64,000 nt of DNA from a virus. A program made the translations under genes and the position numbers. The notes under the pieces were generated by a model. It worked only from the letters and a program-made list of their open reading frames with translations, did not search any database and was not told the origin of the DNA. The DNA lies in the IMG/VR virus record IMGVR_UViG_3300042508_000428, one strand, 5' to 3'. Positions 30,253 through 40,500 of this stretch are shown here, in pieces. Position 1 is the first letter of the stretch, and each line of letters opens with the position of its first letter.

Positions 30253-30452
30253 GATCTATAATAAGTAATTCTTCTAGTGTAAGAAAGGATAAAATAATTA
30301 ACCAGGTCGTGTAGTACTTAAATAACCCTGTCAAAGGGGACAGATGCTACAACCTTTAGGGGGAAGTGGTCCCGAAGCAAAAAGAACAGGCACATTAGTT
30401 CCGTAGAATACGAAATATGGTCAATTCGTGTGCTGAACTCTTATTATAGATC
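30253..30452 (+). ncRNA. Putative 200-nt structured ncRNA between two tRNAs
   Basis: Perfect 13-bp terminal stem GATCTATAATAAG/CTTATTATAGATC plus nested helices; no ORF. Confidence 0.65.
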
Positions 30453-30457
30453 AATCT

Positions 30458-30548
30458 GGAAACATACCCAAGAGGCTGAAGGGGGCGGTTTGCTAAACCG
30501 CTAGGGGGCGAAAGTCCCGCACAGGTTCAAATCCTGTTGTTTCCGCCA
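30458..30548 (+). tRNA. tRNA-Ser(GCT)
   Basis: GCGGT-TTGCTAA-ACCGC, long variable arm, GCCA. Confidence 0.95.
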
Positions 30549-30559
30549 AGGAGAAGGAA

Positions 30560-31393
30560 ATGAGAAAAATATTTACATCTTTAATATTATCGCTGGGCTT
30601 GGTTGCTTCGAGAGCAGATGCTCTTTCAATCGAAGATAAGATTTATAAGCCGACAGCGGAAGATGTAAAGAAGGCAGACAAGAGTTTTGCTCTGCCGATT
30701 TGGACAAAGGTTGCAATCATCAAAGGTAATGACGAATTAGATCCCCGTCACGCGAATAAAGTGAGAGCAACCTTTCTCGCTCATCATGAGAACAAAGATG
30801 CCAAAAAGCATTATGTTGTCATTTGGAATCATGGAATGAATGGTTTCAGAAACTTCTCCTCCAATACTTATCCATTCCTAAAATGGTTATATGAAAACAA
30901 AAAGAGTTTCACTTGGATTGCTCCAGAACTTCCTTGGAGCAAGAATGTAAACGGAATTGATGGAAGAACATCTTGGAGCAAAAAAGATAGTTTCAAGATA
31001 TTTGTTAAATCAGCGATGGATGCAACTCCACTTATGACAACTGGTATTCAGCCGAATAAAGAACTTGTCTTTGTCGTTGCTGGACATTCTCGTGGAGGCA
31101 AGTCAATTCGTGATGCTGCTAAACATGGTGGACTCTGTGATATTTTACCAAACTGGGTTCTCTGGTCTGATTCTAGTTATAGCAAATGGTTAGATACAGC
31201 TTGGGATGCTTGCTTGGGGAATAGCCCTGTTCGTATGGAAGTATTCTACATGAGGGGAACTGAAACTCAGGCATCAGCAAAAAGAATGCAAGCAAAAGGA
31301 AATCCACTTGTTGAATTTTACCCCTTGACTTCCCCTTGGTATCATGGTAAGATTGGATCATCAGTGATAATGATGTCAGAGGCTTTTAGATGA
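30560..31393 (+). CDS. Secreted alpha/beta-hydrolase-like protein
   Basis: Signal peptide (..SRADA), HG oxyanion motif WNHGM, nucleophile elbow GHSRGG. Confidence 0.65.
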   Translation: MRKIFTSLILSLGLVASRADALSIEDKIYKPTAEDVKKADKSFALPIWTKVAIIKGNDELDPRHANKVRATFLAHHENKDAKKHYVVIWNHGMNGFRNFSSNTYPFLKWLYENKKSFTWIAPELPWSKNVNGIDGRTSWSKKDSFKIFVKSAMDATPLMTTGIQPNKELVFVVAGHSRGGKSIRDAAKHGGLCDILPNWVLWSDSSYSKWLDTAWDACLGNSPVRMEVFYMRGTETQASAKRMQAKGNPLVEFYPLTSPWYHGKIGSSVIMMSEAFR

Positions 31394-31605
31394 AGAATCC
31401 ATTTACACAACATCCACAATCAGTAGGCGAAACATATATTGAACACTTGCTGATTGCTTGGAAAGGAACTTACAGGCTTGGTGTTTCAGCAATAATCTTC
31501 TTCTTTCACGCAGTCTTTCCATTCCTTCCAATCCCAAAACCTTTCGACTTGACTTCTACATCGGATTGGCTAAACTCTATTAGGAACAACAGGGAGAAGA
31601 AATGA
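31390..31605 (+). CDS. Small membrane protein (FTQHPQSVGETYIEH, DUF6356-like)
   Basis: Motif recognised by eye. Confidence 0.65.
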   Translation: MKNPFTQHPQSVGETYIEHLLIAWKGTYRLGVSAIIFFFHAVFPFLPIPKPFDLTSTSDWLNSIRNNREKK

Positions 31606-31746
31606 TTACCTTTTTTTATGGTTTCGGTTTTGCCTTTCTTCTTTTCGCGATCCTAGCGGGTCTTACAAAAGACAAAGAGGCTTTGGCAGATCGTAAACCA
31701 ATTTATCTTTCTAACAAAAAGAAGAATGTAAACAGGAGAGTATAGA

Positions 31747-32703
31747 ATGAATTTAAAGATGATTGATCTATTTGCTGGAACTGGAGCCTTTTCTTTGGCA
31801 TTTGAGTCAACAAAAAAAGTTGACGTTGTTTTTGCAAATGACATGGAAAAAACTTCAAAGCAAATTTATGATCTTAACTTTAATCACAAACTAACTCTTG
31901 CAGATATTGATAAGTTTGATGTTAATCTAATCCCTTCTCATGACATTCTGACAGGTGGCTTTCCGTGCCAACCTTTCAGTATCGCTGGCAAACAACAAGG
32001 ATTTTCTGATAAAAGATCAAACGTTTTCTGGAAAATCCTTGAGATTATCGACAAGCACTCTCCATCTTGTATTGTTCTAGAGAACGTTAAAAATCTAACT
32101 TCTCATGATGGTGGTAATACTTTCTCCGTTATCAAATCAAATCTTGTAAACAGAGGTTATCATCTTCATTACAAAGTGTTGAATACCTCAGAAATTACAC
32201 AAGTTCCACAGAATAGAGAGAGAATTTACATTGTTGGGTTTAAGCAAAAAGAAATGGCTGACAAGTTCAATCTTGATTTTCCATCTCAAACAAACCTGAA
32301 AATTGGTTCTCTATTGGAAACAAGCGTTCTAGGTAAGTATTATTATGGAAACAATGTTAAAATCTATGGGAAACTAGTCTCAGATGTTGTTAAAAAAGAT
32401 GTGATCTATCAATACCGTAGATATTATGTCAGAGAAAACAAGAGTAATGTATGTCCAACATTAACTTATAACATGGGTAGTGGCGGACATAATGTTCCAA
32501 TCTTGCTTGATTCAAACGGGATTAGAAAACTCACTCCAAAAGAGTGTTTTAATTTCCAAGGCTTTCCACAAACATATATTGTTCCATCAAATATTTCTGA
32601 CAGTGGACTTTACAAACTAGCTGGAAATGCTGTATCATACCCAGTAGTAGAACTAATCGCAAACAGAATCGTTGGTCTTTATGAAGAAACAAATGACGCA
32701 TAG
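31747..32703 (+). CDS. C5-cytosine DNA methyltransferase, M.Bsp6I-like (probable GCNGC)
   Basis: DLFAGTG, GFPCQPFS, ENVKNL, QNRERIY, YKLAGNAV; TRD YQYRRYYVRENKSNVCPTLTYNMGSGGHNVP. Confidence 0.95.
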   Translation: MNLKMIDLFAGTGAFSLAFESTKKVDVVFANDMEKTSKQIYDLNFNHKLTLADIDKFDVNLIPSHDILTGGFPCQPFSIAGKQQGFSDKRSNVFWKILEIIDKHSPSCIVLENVKNLTSHDGGNTFSVIKSNLVNRGYHLHYKVLNTSEITQVPQNRERIYIVGFKQKEMADKFNLDFPSQTNLKIGSLLETSVLGKYYYGNNVKIYGKLVSDVVKKDVIYQYRRYYVRENKSNVCPTLTYNMGSGGHNVPILLDSNGIRKLTPKECFNFQGFPQTYIVPSNISDSGLYKLAGNAVSYPVVELIANRIVGLYEETNDA

Positions 32704-32711
32704 AGGATAAA

Positions 32712-33074
32712 ATGGCAACTAGATCTTATATCGGAAAAGTTAATCAAGATCAAACTATCAGCGCTATTTATTGTCATTGGGATGGTTATCCTTCTCACAA
32801 TGGAAAAATCCTTCTTCAGAATTATGAAACAGATGATAAAGTTGATTCGTTGCTTTCGAAAGGAGATCTCTCTGTTTTAGGAGAAACAATAGATACTTGC
32901 TCATTCTATCAAGATGGATCTATCGGAGAATACAGCAATATTGATTTGTTTTTTGATAGAGGCAAGAATTGTTGGATAGAATATTATTACCTATACGACA
33001 ATGGATATTGGAAATGTTTTGATTATGATTGTGAACCAATCTCTATCGTAGAGGCAATTAAAGAGGCAGGTTGA
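32712..33074 (+). CDS. Conserved phage hypothetical protein (IYCHWDGYP)
   Basis: Motif MATRSYIG..YCHWDGYP. Confidence 0.75.
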   Translation: MATRSYIGKVNQDQTISAIYCHWDGYPSHNGKILLQNYETDDKVDSLLSKGDLSVLGETIDTCSFYQDGSIGEYSNIDLFFDRGKNCWIEYYYLYDNGYWKCFDYDCEPISIVEAIKEAG

Positions 33075-33099
33075 CAGGAACCTCCAGCTAGTGTAGACT
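33071..33099 (+). promoter_or_regulatory. sigma70-type promoter of tRNA-Leu
   Basis: TTGACA-N17-TAGACT. Confidence 0.8.
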
Positions 33100-33107
33100 A
33101 GCATCAT

Positions 33108-33191
33108 GCTCTTGTGGCGGAACAGGTAGACGCAGCAGACTTAAAATCTGCCAACTATTTAGTTATGTGAGTTCGAGTCTCACCGGGAGCA
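33108..33191 (+). tRNA. tRNA-Leu(TAA), CCA not encoded
   Basis: GCAGA-CTTAAAA-TCTGC, variable arm, T arm. Confidence 0.93.
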
Positions 33192-33536
33192 CTAAAAAGA
33201 GGTGAGTTATGAAAGCAGTAGAATTCGTTTTTGACGGCAAAGACTACTACATTCTATCTCACCGAGAACTCGGAATGAGCATTTTCGAAGGTAATGCTAG
33301 ATTTCTTTGGTTTAAACAAGCAATGAATATCAAAGAAGTTCGTATGGTTTCAAAAAGTTTGTTTGAGATCTTAAAAAATAAACACGGATCTCGTATAGTA
33401 AAAGAATGAAAGTAATTAAACTAAAAATTGATTATTTTCCAGAACCAAGAGATTGGATAAGAAAAACTTGGATATATTCTAATGGTAATAAGAGAAAAAC
33501 TTGTAAGGTAAAATTTAGAGAAGTAGATTTAGATAT

Positions 33537-33612
33537 GCCGTCGTAGCTCAGTTGGTAGAGCATCTGATTTGTAATCAGGCGGTCAGGGGTTCGACTCCCT
33601 TCGACGGCACCA
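33537..33612 (+). tRNA. tRNA-Thr(TGT)
   Basis: CTGA-TTTGTAA-TCAG, ACCA end. Confidence 0.95.
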
Positions 33613-33779
33613 ATCCAGAAGTAGCCGAAAGATTGGTTAAAATCACTTTGAATGATTGGATTGAATAGGATCCTGACCGTTAGGTAGGTTAAAGAAGGCT
33701 CAACCAGTGAGATTAGTTTTTAACAACATCAATATATGGTCCCTGTAACAAAATAACTCTTAACCGCAATCCTGGATAA
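33613..33779 (+). ncRNA. Putative structured ncRNA immediately after tRNA-Thr
   Basis: Ends pair: ATCCAG/CTGGAT and GATTG-GTTAA/TTAAC-CGCAATC; no ORF. Confidence 0.45.
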
Positions 33780-33781
33780 CC

Positions 33782-33923
33782 AACAAACACTGGAAGTAGA
33801 AAGCTTGCATTAGTTTAAAGTGGTAAATTCCCGGATTGCCGGGCGATGTAGGTTCAAATCCTACATGTTAAAAAGATTCAGGGTATCATGGAACTTGATA
33901 ATTCCGAAATCCCAGTGTTTGTT
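33782..33923 (+). ncRNA. tRNA-like element with a 4-nt anticodon loop inside a 12-bp closing stem
   Basis: AACAAACACTGG/CCAGTGTTTGTT; D-loop GG; CCCGG-ATTG-CCGGG; GTAGG-TTCAAAT-CCTAC. Confidence 0.65.
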
Positions 33924-33935
33924 CCCTTCTGTTAT

Positions 33936-33943
33936 ACTATTTA
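33936..33943 (+). promoter_or_regulatory. ACTATTTA putative late promoter element
   Basis: Intergenic, upstream of 33968 ORF. Confidence 0.6.
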
Positions 33944-33967
33944 TTATATAATGGGAGGGATCTATGA

Positions 33968-34441
33968 ATGTTAAACCTATTAGCACAAGTTGACTTAGCA
34001 AATCATGTTTCTAGCGCCGTATCAAACGGCGAAATCGACATAAACCAATTGGCGCACCTAAGTGGAGGCAATCCTATGATGATTGTTGCACTAGGTGCTA
34101 TTGCCGTTTTGGGCGGTAAAAAAGTTTGGGATTGGCTCAAACAACGACAAGAACAACAACACGAACAAAAGATGGCTGAAATTGAAGCATCAAAGGTTTC
34201 TGTTGGAACGGGACACGAACAATGTGTCGCCAAACAACAAGAACTAGAATCACAAGTTTCAGGGTTAAAAGGAAAAATCTCTGATATTGAATCAAAAGCA
34301 ACAACGGCAGAAAAGAAAGCAGAAGAAATCAAAGTCTCCAATCAAGAAACACTTGAATCAATTGAAGATGCCGTAAAGAAAGTAAAGAAGAAAGTTAAAA
34401 AACTTGAGGAGCAGGTAGAATCAACCAAGAAGGGGAAATAA
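33968..34441 (+). CDS. Membrane-anchored coiled-coil protein
   Basis: TM helix MMIVALGAIAVLGG followed by heptad coiled coil. Confidence 0.7.
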   Translation: MLNLLAQVDLANHVSSAVSNGEIDINQLAHLSGGNPMMIVALGAIAVLGGKKVWDWLKQRQEQQHEQKMAEIEASKVSVGTGHEQCVAKQQELESQVSGLKGKISDIESKATTAEKKAEEIKVSNQETLESIEDAVKKVKKKVKKLEEQVESTKKGK

Positions 34442-34444
34442 GAA

Positions 34445-35209
34445 TTGGATGAAACTCTCTTGCCAAAAGAAGCAACCTCTGCTACACTTACCAAAGATAA
34501 ACAAGGAACCGCTTGTGTTGTCAAATCTGGTGAGAAAGTTGAGATATTATCATCGGGCAAATACAGAATGCCTGATGGTTCAATCATAAGCGACATATCG
34601 GATTGCGATTTACAAAGTGGATCTCAGTTGGTTTATAGAGAAGAAGAACCAAAGGAGGAAAAATTGATCGCTATTAAAAGAGAGAAACCAAAACCAAAGA
34701 TTCATAAAACTGAAACTGCTGTCGTATTACCCACCGACACCACACCACCCATACACGACCCCACCATACCTACAATACCTGTGGTGGAATCTACCCTTAT
34801 TCCTCCAACAACAGGTAGAGATATAAACCCAGTTAACTCTGGTGTAATTGATCCAATCGTTGCTGGAGCAATCGCAACCGCTGCTATTGCCTCTGTTGTT
34901 TCTTCCGTAGCATCTTCATCGACAAAAGCAAGAAGAGCAAAGAAAATGGAAAATTCACAAAGATCGCAAGACTCACAGAAGCGGGAGCAGAAGGAAAAGG
35001 AAGAGCAGACCAAATGCAATTCCAAATCTGATGGTGTTAAGTCCTCAATCGCTATGACAGAAGAGATTGTAAATACCAGTCCAGCAAATAGAATTGAGAT
35101 CAAGGAAGATAGAGAGTTTAATAAGAGAGTTAAAGTTCTTAATGCTGAGATTATGAAACTTAATAAAGATATTAGATCAATAGAAGAAAGTCTTTCAAAG
35201 AAGAAATGA
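34445..35209 (+). CDS. Pro/Thr-rich protein with a TM-like helix
   Basis: ORF; IVAGAIATAAIASVV segment. Confidence 0.65.
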   Translation: MDETLLPKEATSATLTKDKQGTACVVKSGEKVEILSSGKYRMPDGSIISDISDCDLQSGSQLVYREEEPKEEKLIAIKREKPKPKIHKTETAVVLPTDTTPPIHDPTIPTIPVVESTLIPPTTGRDINPVNSGVIDPIVAGAIATAAIASVVSSVASSSTKARRAKKMENSQRSQDSQKREQKEKEEQTKCNSKSDGVKSSIAMTEEIVNTSPANRIEIKEDREFNKRVKVLNAEIMKLNKDIRSIEESLSKKK

Positions 35210-35238
35210 AAACAAACTAAAGAAGATTATTCGCCCAC

Positions 35239-35291
35239 TTGACACAAAAACCCTCCTCTGCTATAGTTAGGTATATAGAGAGGAGGGTTTT
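35239..35291 (+). promoter_or_regulatory. sigma70-type promoter with 13-bp inverted repeat covering downstream RBS
   Basis: TTGACA-N17-TATAGT; AAAACCCTCCTCT/AGAGGAGGGTTTT. Confidence 0.8.
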
Positions 35292-35294
35292 GCT

Positions 35295-35755
35295 ATGCTT
35301 GTCGTATGTAAAAAGTGTAAAGTCGAACACGATTCGAGAGACATTAACTCCAACGGATTTTGTGTTTGGTGTGAACAGAGAGAATCTGTTGAGATGGTTA
35401 GGTTTCAGCAGGATCAAAAGTATTTCTATAACTACTTTCATAAACAATTTGACTGGAAATCTCTGCCTTGCTATGCTAAGGGTATGAGAACGAGGTAGAT
35501 ATGAGCAAATATTACTGGTCTACAAAGTCATCGGTAAAGCACAATCTTGGCACCAACATTTCTAATTTGGAATCGTTGTTCTGCCAAGAATCTGAAAGAA
35601 TGTTGTCAACTGATTTGATTGAGGTGGAAGGTCCGAATATGATTTCGTGTCCTCCACATTTTATCAAGCTCATTCATGCCCTTAAGTTGTTAAGGGAAGT
35701 TGAGAATTCAATTGACAATGGCGAGTTCTTTTCTCTGGAAGAGAAGTCTGATTAA
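35295..35755 (+). other. Two small ORFs (35295-35498 zinc-finger; 35501-35755)
   Basis: GAGGAGG RBS; CKKC..CVWC. Confidence 0.65.
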
Positions 35756-35764
35756 ACAATTAAC

Positions 35765-36123
35765 GGGTCTGAAATGGTATCGATCGGGTAGAGTTTTATG
35801 ATTATGCAGGACGATGGGGAGCGAGGCATCGTAAAAACGCTTAAATGTTTAATTGCCAACGACAACGTTGCTTTTGATTACGCCGTAGCGGCTTAAATCA
35901 CGGAGTCTCCAAACACTCTGTAAAATAAGTTTGGATAGGTTGGAATCTTATCGAAAACAAGATTCATCGGCTTTTCTAACTGGTTTTGCCCTGAATAAAT
36001 CAGTATGAAGTCCCTGTAACCCAGGTGTTTTGTCAAGGGTAGGTTGGGTGCTTGACTATTCCTGTGAATGAGTAATCATAAAAACTATGTGAGACGCGGG
36101 TTCGACTCCCGCCAGATCCACCA
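35765..36123 (+). ncRNA. ssrA: tmRNA (one-piece), tag ANDNVAFDYAVAA at 35855-35896
   Basis: GGGTCTG..TGGTATCGA 5' end, GCGGG-TTCGACT-CCCGC T arm, CAGATCC-ACCA 3' end with G3:U, tag ending in AA-stop. Confidence 0.95.
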
Positions 36124-36136
36124 AGCGGAGAATAAA

Positions 36137-36788
36137 ATGCCTTATATCAGATTGACAACTTATACTGCGAAAGAGTTGAGAGAAAAGTTGTTGGAAGTTG
36201 TTCATGAGATTAGTCTTGCGAATGAAGATGAAATCTATTCTGGTTCTCTTGACTTCTCATCGACAGATGAAGTTAGAGGCAGTATCGCTTATGATATGGA
36301 GATGCATTATGATTTCTCTGTTAGTGAAAAAGAACTACGAGAGAACTTGGAATTTGTTCCTCCCCATGTGATTCATACATACAATACTTATCCAGAAGAT
36401 TGTGCTAGAGATAATGATCGTTATTGGGAAATTGTAAATGATATGAAACAGGATATATTTTCTGATGATATTTCACCTTTCTTCCCAAAGAAGGATGAAC
36501 CAAGCGAGGAAAAAGATGAACCAAAGGAAGGCGATTAGAATTGTTAATTCCAAGAACTTTATTTGGATGGAAGGTATGCTCGCCTACATTCCTGTTGAGG
36601 ATGAATGGCATCCCATTCGTCTAACTCCTCCACTTGTGGATAATTGGAATTCTAAACAAATTAAAAACTGCTTGCCAGATATTGACGACCCTGCTACTAT
36701 TGGGTGTCTGCTTGTGCTGGCAGGAGAAGAAATTGATCTTGATAAGATCGAAGAAATGTTGGAACCAGAATCGGATATGATTGCTTAA
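36137..36788 (+). other. Two hypothetical ORFs (36137-36538; about 36516-36788)
   Basis: GGAG RBS after tmRNA; starts adjusted. Confidence 0.6.
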
Positions 36789-36931
36789 CAATGAAAGTTT
36801 ATCATCTTAAAGTTGAAATAGACAATACATATATTCCCTCTCGTTCTTCTTGTAAGTATATGCTTTATTACAACTGGCTGACTGACGGGAAAATCTGGAA
36901 AACTAAAGCAGTCGCAGTTATTGGATGAAAA

Positions 36932-37339
36932 ATGGCAAACAGAATAGAACTTACCAGAAGAAACGAGCGACTCTTTGGATTCGCAAAGAGAATGGCGGAA
37001 CTTTCCAGTTACGGGAAGTTTCGTCATGGTGCTGTTTTGGTTCACCATGGTGTTGTCCTTAATGCTTCCCACAACAAGGATAAGCCTTGTTCGTTTGGAA
37101 GCAGATTCCGTTGTAGATCAAAGGGTCAGGCAACTCTCCATGCTGAACTTGGGGCAATCCTCAATATGCCCCGTGAGTCAACCGAAGGTTCTGATATTTA
37201 TGTGGTGAGAGTGAATTACGAGAATCAATACAGAAACTCCAAGCCCTGTCCAATGTGTCAAGAGGCAATGAGATTCTGTGGAGTCAAGAGAGTATTTTAC
37301 TCAACTGAATACGGGCACTTTGAAGTGATGAAGCTATGA
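36932..37339 (+). CDS. Zinc-dependent cytidine/dCMP deaminase-family protein
   Basis: HAE and PCPMC zinc motifs. Confidence 0.9.
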   Translation: MANRIELTRRNERLFGFAKRMAELSSYGKFRHGAVLVHHGVVLNASHNKDKPCSFGSRFRCRSKGQATLHAELGAILNMPRESTEGSDIYVVRVNYENQYRNSKPCPMCQEAMRFCGVKRVFYSTEYGHFEVMKL

Positions 37340-37599
37340 GAACAATTGAATTGCAAGTTGAAATTTTTTATTATAACAAAATCAGAAACCTTCGTTATGA
37401 ATGGTTTGGCTTAAAGAATCAGGCAAAAAGGGTTAGGGTTTGGGTAGAGTTGGATGAAGAAATCTTATAAGAATAAAATTGAGTTATATATTCGATATGG
37501 TTCAGATAATTCAATATCTAAGGTGTGGAATATCACAAAAGCAGAAGGTTTATTTCCATACAAAAAGAATGAATGCTTCTATCTAGAATAGGAAACACC

Positions 37600-40500
37600 A
37601 TGAAAACCATTCCCTGCTCTTACAAAGATTGCGACCAAAGACGAGTTCACTTTTCTATTCCAGATGAAACCCGCTCTCACCGAATGGTTGAGGTCAAAGA
37701 TGATCATGAAGGCGATGCTTATTGCTCCTTGACTTGTGCTATTGTGGATGGTAAGATGAGTGTCAAGAACGAACAACCGAAACATTCTCCAACTTGTGGT
37801 TGGCATAAAGATTGGCATGATTGTAGTTGTGGAGCGTTTGACAAGAAACCTTCCAAGTGGTACGATTGTGCCAAGTGTGATGCTGGTTATGAAGATCAGC
37901 AATGCACATGTAAGGAATCAAAATGAGTGGCGGACACTTTAACGGAAACGGATACATCTATTATCAAGTATATCAGTTTGCTGATGAACTCGATAATGAA
38001 ATCGAACGGAATAACACTAAGGATGAATGGGGTTATGCTCCTGAACTTAGTGAAGAAACCCTAAACTACCTTCGACAGAAAGTTGTTGAACTCCGCAAGA
38101 TCGCAGAAGAAATGAGACACATTGATTATCTCTATTCTGGCGATCATAGTGAAGAGTCCTTTATGGAAAGGATGAATGAATCAAATGCCTGATATGAACC
38201 CAGAAAATAACCGCGATACATTTCAAGGTCGTGGAGTTCAAATTCAACAATACAAAGACGCTCTTGAAAAGACCAAAAAGAATATGATGGAAATGGAAAG
38301 AGATTTGTATTTGAAGATTAATGTTCTTGAAGAACAAAACGAAGAGATGAAAGAACTTCTCAAAATCATTTATGAAACTGATTGTTTGCGTGATTGGGCT
38401 TTTGAGGATGATGATGGAAATTCTATTGCCGATAAGGTTCGCAAGATTGTGAAGGACTAAGAATGAAGTTTATTTTTTTGGACAGGGATGGTAACGAAAC
38501 CTACAAAGGGTGGAAATATCCATCACAATCAACGCCTATGGAGTTTCCTTCTTTGGAAAAATTTGTCGAGTGGTCGGTAGAGGTTGAACTTCCAAGACAC
38601 ACATTCATTCCACCTAACGGATATGCTGGCGGATATCAAAATAAAACTCCTTACTGGATGGTTTATTGCGAGAGTGGTTATGACTGATGAAAAAGGAATC
38701 AGATCCAAACACTTAAAGGAGTGTTCTTGGTATCAAGATGACACAACTTGCGATTGCGATCTTTTTAGTCCATTAGGGATCTACGCTCCTTACATCCCTT
38801 TACAAATCAGCAAAATTGAAATCACCAACGACAAGGAATCAAAATGAGCAAAAAATTCGTATGCAAAAGCGACACGATTTTTGATGAATTCATTATCATT
38901 GAAGCCCTCAAACAAAGTATTCTTTTTGAAAAACCTGCCCATGAAATTCTGAACATTACCAAAAATGACCTGAAACGATTCATTCTAGAAATGGATGGAA
39001 TTGTAGAGCAGGAGCAAGAGGAATCAAAATGAGTGCTTATTCTTACAATGCTGGTTATCACAGAGGTCTGAACACTGAATACCACAACGTTCCCGTTGAA
39101 ATACTATACAAGCAATGGGCTGATGGAGTAGACATTCTTTTAATTCCTGTATCTTTTGACCCTGTTGCTTTTGAGGAAGGTTATGCAGACGGCGTGCGTG
39201 ATTATCTAAAAAATAGAAACTGCGTTGAAGATTAGACAAGAAGTAAAAATGAAACCCTACGAATTAATTGACGGAAAACTGATCATCAGAGATCCTGAAA
39301 TCATCCAGAAGTTGGATCACCTTTCGGAAGAAGAACTGAAGCAAGTTGCCGAGATCATGAGAAAAGATCTTGATGAGATGAAGAACAATCCGGAGAAATC
39401 AAATGCCTAACTGGTCTGATGATGAGGGAAGAAGTTATTTTGGTAAAGTAGAGTGCAAACGATGCTTACAAGACTTTGATTACGATAAGAAAACAGGAGA
39501 AGTACCAATTCATAAATGTATTGGTGGAGAACTCTGGACTTCTGCGTATGTAAATGGTGTGTGGCATTATCCAGTCAAAGTGAGGTCAAAATGAACATTG
39601 ATCAATTCCTACAACAAAACCAATTGACACTTATCAAATCATTTCCTGTTCTTTGGAGAGCTTGGGCTTGTGATTCTGAATGGTACTTGACGCAGAACTC
39701 AAACGGTGATAAGATTCTTGTTGCAAGCGATCATGGCGTACCTCGCGTTGGTAGTCCAGAAGAGCTTGAAGAACGAATTGAATATTATAAAGAGATCACA
39801 AAAGAATCAGAAGAGATTCTAAAAGAGTTAGAGACAAAATGAAATTCCCAATCCGTCGTGAGAAAGCAGGAGTCATTGGCGATAAACCTATGTGGGTTTG
39901 TTGCTATTCGTGCTATTTACACGCAGACGAGTCTCTGCTAAGATTGCTGTGGCAAGTGATCACGGAATACAAGAGCGATAATTATTTGGTGGGTTAAGAA
40001 TGTTAGGGCCACAAATTTGCGTAAAATGTAGAGCGGAATATAATTGTGAAAAGATTAGCGAAGATGTGGTGCGTTGGTTTTGTCCCAAGTGCGGAGAAAC
40101 AGATAGCCAAGATTATGCTTTGACAATTCCAGAAGAACTTTATGAAGAGATTTATGGAACCAAGTGGATTCTATAATAAGGAGAAACATGGCTGATATAT
40201 CAAAATGCCGTGGAACTGATTGCCCAATGAAAGATAAGTGTTGGCGATATTTGGCCCCATCCAGCAAATGGCAAGCATACTTTCATGCTGAAAGTGGATT
40301 AAATCAAGACAAGAACGAATGTAAAAACTTTATCGAAGCAAAAGAAAATCAAGTGGTCCAAATTAAGGGAAATTTATTCAAATGATTAATGTCTTCTTAT
40401 TAAGAATTGATCGGGAAGGAAGTAAGCTGTGGTTTAGAAACAGTCTCTTACATAGAGATTACGGTAAGCCTGCTATTATTTATTCAGATGGTAGAAAGTG

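Noticed and set aside
30253-30452. RNase P, SRP or group I intron identity for the inter-tRNA RNA
   Set aside because: Signature motifs (GAGGAAAGUCC, SRP GGAA loop, P7 core) not found by eye; left as unknown.
33166-33176. ACTATTTA inside the tRNA-Leu variable arm
   Set aside because: Explained by the AACT-ATTT-AGTT variable stem-loop; treated as coincidental and not counted as a promoter.
36068-36136. ORF-track N-terminal extension overlapping the tmRNA 3' end (similar extensions at 27269, 45328 and 47913)
   Set aside because: These extensions run through RNA genes; RBS-supported starts lie downstream.
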